Origin: an uncultured bacterium
GTDB lineage: Bacteria; Actinomycetota; Acidimicrobiia; Spongiisociales; UBA5794
Direction of reading: 5' to 3'
Assembly (NCBI GenBank): GCA_963801165.1
Contig: CAWDDT010000004.1
Location: 512,001 to 576,000 of the forward strand
DNA: 64,000 bases
A program made the position numbers and the translations under genes. Of this stretch, positions 59,024-64,000 are shown in pieces. Each line of letters starts with the position of its first letter. Position 1 is the first letter of the stretch. The notes beneath the pieces were generated by a model, which worked only from the letters and a program-made list of their open reading frames with translations, made no database searches and was not told the origin of the DNA.

Positions 59024-61090
59024 CTAGTCGTCCTTTTTGGCCTCAGCGACAACCCTATCGGTGAGGTGGGAGGGGAGCTCCTGATAGTGATCGTGCTCGG
59101 CGGTGAACGTGCCCCAGCCCTGTGTAAGCGATCGGAGATCCATCGCATAGGTGATGATCTCTGAGGTCGGCACCAGAGCGGTGACGATCTGGCGCCCACC
59201 CGCTCCGGCCTCGGTGCCCTGGACCTGGCCGCGTCGCGAGGAGAGGTCGCCCATAACGTCGCCCTGATAGTTGGAGGGCACAGTGACGATGACTTTCGAG
59301 ACCGGCTCGAGCACAATCGGGCCGGCGCTTTCCATCGCCGCCTTGAAACCGAGGCGACCGGCCATCTTGAAGCTCATCTCTGACGAGTCGACTGAGTGAT
59401 ATTTGCCGTCGTAGCACCGCACTCTGACATCGACGACCGGGAATCCGAGCACGCCGCCGTCCTGCATCGCCTCGACGATGCCGTGCTGTACCGCGGGGAT
59501 GAACTGGCGGGGGATAGAGCCGCCCTTGATCTCGTCGACGAACTCGAAGCCCTCGCCTCTGGTCGTTGGTTCGACCTTGAGCATGGCGACGCCGAACTGG
59601 CCGTGGCCACCGCTCTGCTTCTTGTATTTGCCCTCGGCCTGGGCCTCGTGGGTAATTGTCTCCCGGTAGGGAACCCGCACCGACTCGGTGTCGACCTCGA
59701 CGCCGAACTTGCGGGTGAGTTTCTGCAGGGTGATGGCTAGGTGAGTCTCTCCCATCCCGCGCAGCAGCGTCTGGCGCGTCTCGGCGTTGCGCTCGACCAC
59801 AAGCACCGGATCTTCCTGCTGAATACGGCGGAGCGCATTGGCGAGCTTGTCCGTATCGGCCTGAGTCCTGGCATGGACCGCCGTGGCAAGCACCGGGGTC
59901 GGCCTTGTGAGCCGCGGAGCGAACACCGGCTGTCCCTTCACCGACAGTGTGTCGCCCGTATCTGTGTCATCCAGCTTGGCGACGGCGCCGATGTCACCCA
60001 TGGCGAGCGAGTCGACAAGCTCGGATTCCTTGCCCACCATGACCGCGATCTTGGCGAACTTCTCGTCCTCGCCCGAGCGCTGGTTGTGGAGGGTCTGGTC
60101 TGCCCGGACGGTTCCCGAGAGCACACGGAAGATGGAGATCTGGCCGACGTACGGGTCGGCGACCGTCTTGAACACCTGGACGAGAGGGTCACCGTCCTTC
60201 TTCAGGTCGACCTCGACCTCGGCGCCCGCCGCCGTCACGATCAGCTTGTCCCTGCGCAGCGGTGAGGGGCCGATCTCGACTATGAAGTCCGCCAGCCTGT
60301 CGACGGCGATCGGGCCTGTCGCCGAGCCGCAGACAACGGGGAACACAGTTGCCTCGGCCACACCCTTGGCCATGGTCTTCTCGAGCTCGGCGGCGGATGG
60401 CATGTCGCCCTCGAGATAGCGCTCCAGCATGTCGTCGTCGGCGACCACGATGCCTTCGATGAGGTTGTCGCGTACCTCATGCTCTCTCGACTCGAGCTCG
60501 TCGGGAATCTCGGCCTCCTGCGCCTGGCCGCTGTCGTAGATATATGCCTTGTCCGTGAAGAGGTCGGCGACGCCGTGGAAGGCGCTCTTCTCGCCGAGCG
60601 GGAGCTCGATGGGGGCAACGCCTGCGCCAAAGGTGTCTCGCAGCGACGCGAGGGTGTTGTCGAACGAAGCCTCGTCCTTGTCGAGCTTGTTGATGAACAC
60701 CATCCTGGGGACGCCCGTCTCCTCGGCGATCCGCCACGCCCGTTCTGTGCCGACCTCTACGCCGTCCACCGCCGACACCACGAACACCGCCAGGTCGGCG
60801 ACATGCAGCGCGGCATACACATCGGCTACGAAGTCGGCGTGGCCCGGTGTGTCGATGATGTTGATCTTGTGACCCTGCCATTCGACGGGAGCGAGTGCGA
60901 GGCCAACAGAGTGGCCCCGCTCATGCTCTTCCGGGTCGAAGTCGGTCACCGTGTTGCCGTCTTCGACCTTGCCCAGCCGGGAAACCGTGCCGGCGCGGTA
61001 GAGCATTGCCTCCGCGAGAGTGGTCTTCCCCGCTCCGCCGTGGCCAACCAGAGCAACATTGCGGATCTTTTCAGATGGGTAGACCTTCAC
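59024..61090 (-). CDS. fusA2: Elongation factor G paralogue (EF-G2 type)
   Basis: GHGGAGKTTL, divergent RGHS switch I, DTPGH.DF, NKLD, KKQSGGHGQF, H.VDSSEM.F; not in the str operon. Confidence 0.92.
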   Translation of the reverse strand: MKVYPSEKIRNVALVGHGGAGKTTLAEAMLYRAGTVSRLGKVEDGNTVTDFDPEEHERGHSVGLALAPVEWQGHKINIIDTPGHADFVADVYAALHVADLAVFVVSAVDGVEVGTERAWRIAEETGVPRMVFINKLDKDEASFDNTLASLRDTFGAGVAPIELPLGEKSAFHGVADLFTDKAYIYDSGQAQEAEIPDELESREHEVRDNLIEGIVVADDDMLERYLEGDMPSAAELEKTMAKGVAEATVFPVVCGSATGPIAVDRLADFIVEIGPSPLRRDKLIVTAAGAEVEVDLKKDGDPLVQVFKTVADPYVGQISIFRVLSGTVRADQTLHNQRSGEDEKFAKIAVMVGKESELVDSLAMGDIGAVAKLDDTDTGDTLSVKGQPVFAPRLTRPTPVLATAVHARTQADTDKLANALRRIQQEDPVLVVERNAETRQTLLRGMGETHLAITLQKLTRKFGVEVDTESVRVPYRETITHEAQAEGKYKKQSGGHGQFGVAMLKVEPTTRGEGFEFVDEIKGGSIPRQFIPAVQHGIVEAMQDGGVLGFPVVDVRVRCYDGKYHSVDSSEMSFKMAGRLGFKAAMESAGPIVLEPVSKVIVTVPSNYQGDVMGDLSSRRGQVQGTEAGAGGRQIVTALVPTSEIITYAMDLRSLTQGWGTFTAEHDHYQELPSHLTDRVVAEAKKDD

Positions 61091-61204
61091 GGATACTCCT
61101 CGACGCTAGGCAAGAGACGTGGGCATCGAGAATACTCGAAGCCGGGAACGTAGAGCCAGCCCGCTACGCTTTCGTAACCTGATCGCCTCTGGCGATCTGG
61201 GCTT

Positions 61205-61288
61205 GCCCGGATGGCGGAATCGGTAGACGCTGCGGACTTAAAATCCGCTGCCCCCAAGGGTGTGCAGGTTCGAGTCCTGCTCCGGGCA
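61205..61288 (+). tRNA. tRNA-Leu (anticodon TAA), CCA not fully encoded
   Basis: GCCCGGA/TCCGGGC acceptor stem, GCGGA-CT-TAA-AA-TCCGC arm, long variable arm. Confidence 0.96.
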
Positions 61289-61449
61289 CCTCACGGCGAG
61301 ACCTATTCGGTCTCTCCGTTTCGGTCCCCTGCAGGCCGGTTTTATGCCTCCGGGTGGTGTGGTTGGTCGCCGTTGGTGGCCGAGTTGGCGGGCCCGCGGT
61401 TGACGGGGCGAGGGTTCGAGTCCTGCTCCGGGCACCTCACGGCGAGACC
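61267..61449 (+). repeat. 37-bp direct repeat of the tRNA-Leu 3' end (att-like), copies 61267-61303 and 61413-61449
   Basis: GGTTCGAGTCCTGCTCCGGGCACCTCACGGCGAGACC identical in both copies. Confidence 0.9.
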
Positions 61450-61802
61450 AAGGTCTATCGCCCGTGTGTCCGTTTCTCGCGTTTGCGGGGATCCCAGTCC
61501 GGGTTGTAGGGAACGTACGGGGGCGATTGACCTCCCGAACCGCCGTGGGTGCCCTGCCCGGGCAGCCATCCGACGGTTTTGCTGTTCGGATCACGCTCTT
61601 CAAACACAATGAAAGCCAGGCGGTCGAAGGCCCTTTTCAGGGGTCGGGATCTAATCCAACGCCACACCGGCCACCTCTTGGTCTGTCCGATGGCGCCACA
61701 AGCCATCTATGGAGAAGCCTACACGCCGGTTTCCATGATGCCCGCTTTCCGTCGGAGGTTCCGCCGGGCGCATTCGTCGACCCGAAGAAGCACGATGATT
61801 GA

Positions 61803-62714
61803 TTACCCAGACGAAGCGTTCACGGGTACCCGTGTCGATTCGTTGCTGTTTGCCGGGAAGTCATCGGGCCAGCGCAAGGGCGTGCTTGTGAACGTTTGCC
61901 GTTCCATGGTGACCGTGAGAATGGCGGAGAATGGTGCAGGCCCGAGGGCGACGACCCTGGCGGTGAAGTCCGCAGGGCCGTCCAAACCGATCGTCGAGGT
62001 TGGGCAGCCGCCGACGTCCCCGATCGACAGGTCGAACTCCGCCGATGCCCCGTTGGAGGCTGTGACCAGTGCGGTGGCCGACACCCCGGTTGGTGGAGAG
62101 GTGATGTTGCCCACCGAGGCGGAGAACGGCGCATCGGCCTCCAGCTCGCCTACGCCGGGGGACCAGAAGACCTGCCAGAACGGCGATGGTGCGGGACGAT
62201 CCTCGCTACTCACCAGCTCGAACGCCCAGCCCGCGTCGCCGCCGTCGCCCCGGCCGAACACGTCGACGCGATAGGTACCTGCAGGCCCAATGGGCCCGAG
62301 TGGAGATCCATGCGGGTCGGCGTCGATCACCATGACACCATCGCATGGCCGGCCGGCGCTAGACAAGCTGGCCGTCAGTTGCCAGTCGAGGGGGAATTCG
62401 ACGGTCAGCTCGGAATCGCCGTTGAGGGTCACTGCCGGGAGCGGTTCCTGCGGTATGCCATCGGCGCACACCCCTTTCTGCTCGACAGTCCAGCAGTAGC
62501 TGTACGGGTGGAGCGACAAGACAGTGGTCCCTGCCTCGACTCGGAGGTCCGGAGGACGCTCTGTGCCGCGCGACGACGCGGTGGTGGACGTCGCCGTTAC
62601 CGACGGGTCCGTGAGTCTCTCAGGGGTTGCGTCGGGAGAGGCAGGTCCCGACGCTTCGCCGCACGCCGCCAACACCATGGCCAACGCAGCGACGGCAATC
62701 GCGCTTCTCTTCAT
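61803..62714 (-). CDS. Hypothetical lipoprotein
   Basis: LAAC lipobox, S/T-rich linker, SYCW...CADG motif. Confidence 0.75.
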   Translation of the reverse strand: MKRSAIAVAALAMVLAACGEASGPASPDATPERLTDPSVTATSTTASSRGTERPPDLRVEAGTTVLSLHPYSYCWTVEQKGVCADGIPQEPLPAVTLNGDSELTVEFPLDWQLTASLSSAGRPCDGVMVIDADPHGSPLGPIGPAGTYRVDVFGRGDGGDAGWAFELVSSEDRPAPSPFWQVFWSPGVGELEADAPFSASVGNITSPPTGVSATALVTASNGASAEFDLSIGDVGGCPTSTIGLDGPADFTARVVALGPAPFSAILTVTMERQTFTSTPLRWPDDFPANSNESTRVPVNASSG

Positions 62715-63109
62715 GCGGCTACGACGCTACCGCACCTCTCCCGAGTTCCCGGTGAATGTGCAGACCGGGGTGGAGTTGCATCGATCTTGCCGTGGTCACG
62801 GTACCCACGAAACGGGTCCATGCTGCTGGCCGACCTATCGAACGGGAGGCAGGGAACAACCGAGCGGATCCATTTACCCTGCCGCGTGGTGTGCTGCTCG
62901 GTACGATTGCTGCATGTTGCTCGATTGTGTGTCCTGCCGGATTGCCGCCGCCGACCATGCCGGGTACAGCCTTAGATCGACGTCGTCTACCGCGATGACG
63001 GTGTGGCTCCCAAGTCAGTGGAGAAGGAGTACATGAACGACGTGAGGCGCGCCGAGTACACAAGACGGCTTCGTTGCCACGTCGCCGGAAGAGTCGAGGG
63101 ATGCCGGCA

Positions 63110-63652
63110 ATGACGACGGGTCATGCCATCGAGCTGCTGTTCGATACCGACTCCGAGCGACGCATCGTCCACGTGTGGAGAGCAATCGGCGGTGGCAGCG
63201 ATCTCGAGGCCGTCGGAGGCCGCCCGCACCTCAGCCTCGCCCTGATTCGACCGCCCGGCGATCCCGAGGTCCTCGCCACCTGCGTGGAGAAACTCTCCGG
63301 GAAGATGAAGCCCATGCGGCTGGAGCTATCTGCGGTTGGGGCCTTTCCCGGTGACGAAGGCGTTGTGTTCCTCGCCCCTGCGGTCACGAGTGAGCTGGTG
63401 GATGCCCATGCCGAGCTCCACGAGATCCTGCGGGAGTGCGGCGTAACCGCAGACGAGCTGTATCAACCGGGTCGATGGGTACCCCATTGCACAGTGGCTC
63501 TCCACGTGCCACCCAACGAGGTGCCCGCTGCTGTCGAGGTCGTCCGGGGATCGGCGGTCTTTGGGCCAATCAACGTTGAAGGAATCAGTCTCGTCGAGTT
63601 CCTCCCTGTTGAGGTGATCCTCAGCACGCGGCTCGGGAATGAGGAAGCCTGA
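63110..63652 (+). CDS. 2H phosphoesterase (2'-5' RNA ligase superfamily)
   Basis: Two HxS/T motifs: PHLSL and PHCTV. Confidence 0.85.
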   Translation: MTTGHAIELLFDTDSERRIVHVWRAIGGGSDLEAVGGRPHLSLALIRPPGDPEVLATCVEKLSGKMKPMRLELSAVGAFPGDEGVVFLAPAVTSELVDAHAELHEILRECGVTADELYQPGRWVPHCTVALHVPPNEVPAAVEVVRGSAVFGPINVEGISLVEFLPVEVILSTRLGNEEA

Positions 63653-63698
63653 GAAGGTAGCGGTGGTGTCCCACGCTTTGCTGTGGCAGCATTGCGGC

Positions 63699-64000
63699 AT
63701 GGGCTACGACATCGAGACTGTAGAACGCATCCGCAGGTTGCTGTCGGCGCGATCCGATGTGGTGGAGAAACGCATCGTGGGCGGTGCGCTTGGCTTTATG
63801 GTCGGCGGCCATCTGTGCTGTGCTGTGAGCGTGAGGGGTCTCACAGTTCGGGTAGGGGCGGAAGGAAAGGCCGAAGCGCTGGGTGAACGCCACGTGGGTC
63901 GGCACCTCGTCGGCAATCGGGAGACCAGGGCATTTGTTGTTGTCGAGCCCGACGGCTACCGGGACGACGCCGCCCTCGCCGTTTGGTTGGAGCGGGGTCT
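63699..64000 (+). CDS. TfoX/Sxy N-terminal domain protein (runs off window edge)
   Basis: MGYD....ERIR......VVEKR..GG..FMVGGHLCC.V....L.VRVG, read manually; absent from ORF track because no stop is in the window. Confidence 0.8.
   Translation, partial: MGYDIETVERIRRLLSARSDVVEKRIVGGALGFMVGGHLCCAVSVRGLTVRVGAEGKAEALGERHVGRHLVGNRETRAFVVVEPDGYRDDAALAVWLERG

Noticed and set aside
61205-61288. bldA-style developmental control through the Leu(UAA) tRNA
   Set aside because: TTA codons occur in housekeeping genes here (plsY TCA-TTA-GGT, mfd TGG-TTA-CCC, yjbQ codon 8), so the tRNA is unlikely to be a dispensable switch
61549-62274. Plus-strand ORFs between tRNA-Leu and the lipoprotein gene
   Set aside because: Mostly antisense to the 61803-62714 lipoprotein; no motif or RBS support

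Overview
High-GC actinobacterial chromosome segment, most likely Acidimicrobiia (inferred from DUF501, a bL37-type ribosomal protein, a GlpR/SepX-like gene and a CNPP-type SLH protein). The backbone is housekeeping: uppP, plsY-moeA-moaC-mog-glpR-translin, tRNA-Ala(CGC), rsmI-abrB-metG-tatD-rsmA-ispE-tRNA-Gln-glmU(N-half only)-prs-aceK-yjbQ-rplY-pth-glpK, pgsA-mfd-PPIase-mazG-eno-ftsB-DUF501-ppx, an EF-G paralogue and tRNA-Leu(UAA). Accessory blocks: an ~11.4 kb two-component/hydrolase/ABC-exporter block before tRNA-Ala, a Nal1-like protease locus after it, xylA, and a GH51-LacI-ABC-GH3 arabinoxylan-type cluster. Most notable features not shown by the ORF track: (1) a ~220-nt strongly structured putative ncRNA with C-rich loops, promoter and terminator (4650-4872, minus); (2) a two-gene unit in which a small protein is a free-standing copy of the N-terminal domain of the adjacent cytoplasmic trypsin-like protease; (3) a triple GTTGA 11-bp-phased box with an identical 22-bp spacer to a CAnnnT hexamer in front of three genes; (4) a bacterial translin/Trax-like gene; (5) a 27-aa bL37 gene; (6) a 37-bp att-like duplication at tRNA-Leu. 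No CRISPR array, integrase or transposase was seen. All family assignments come from motif recognition by eye, not database searches.
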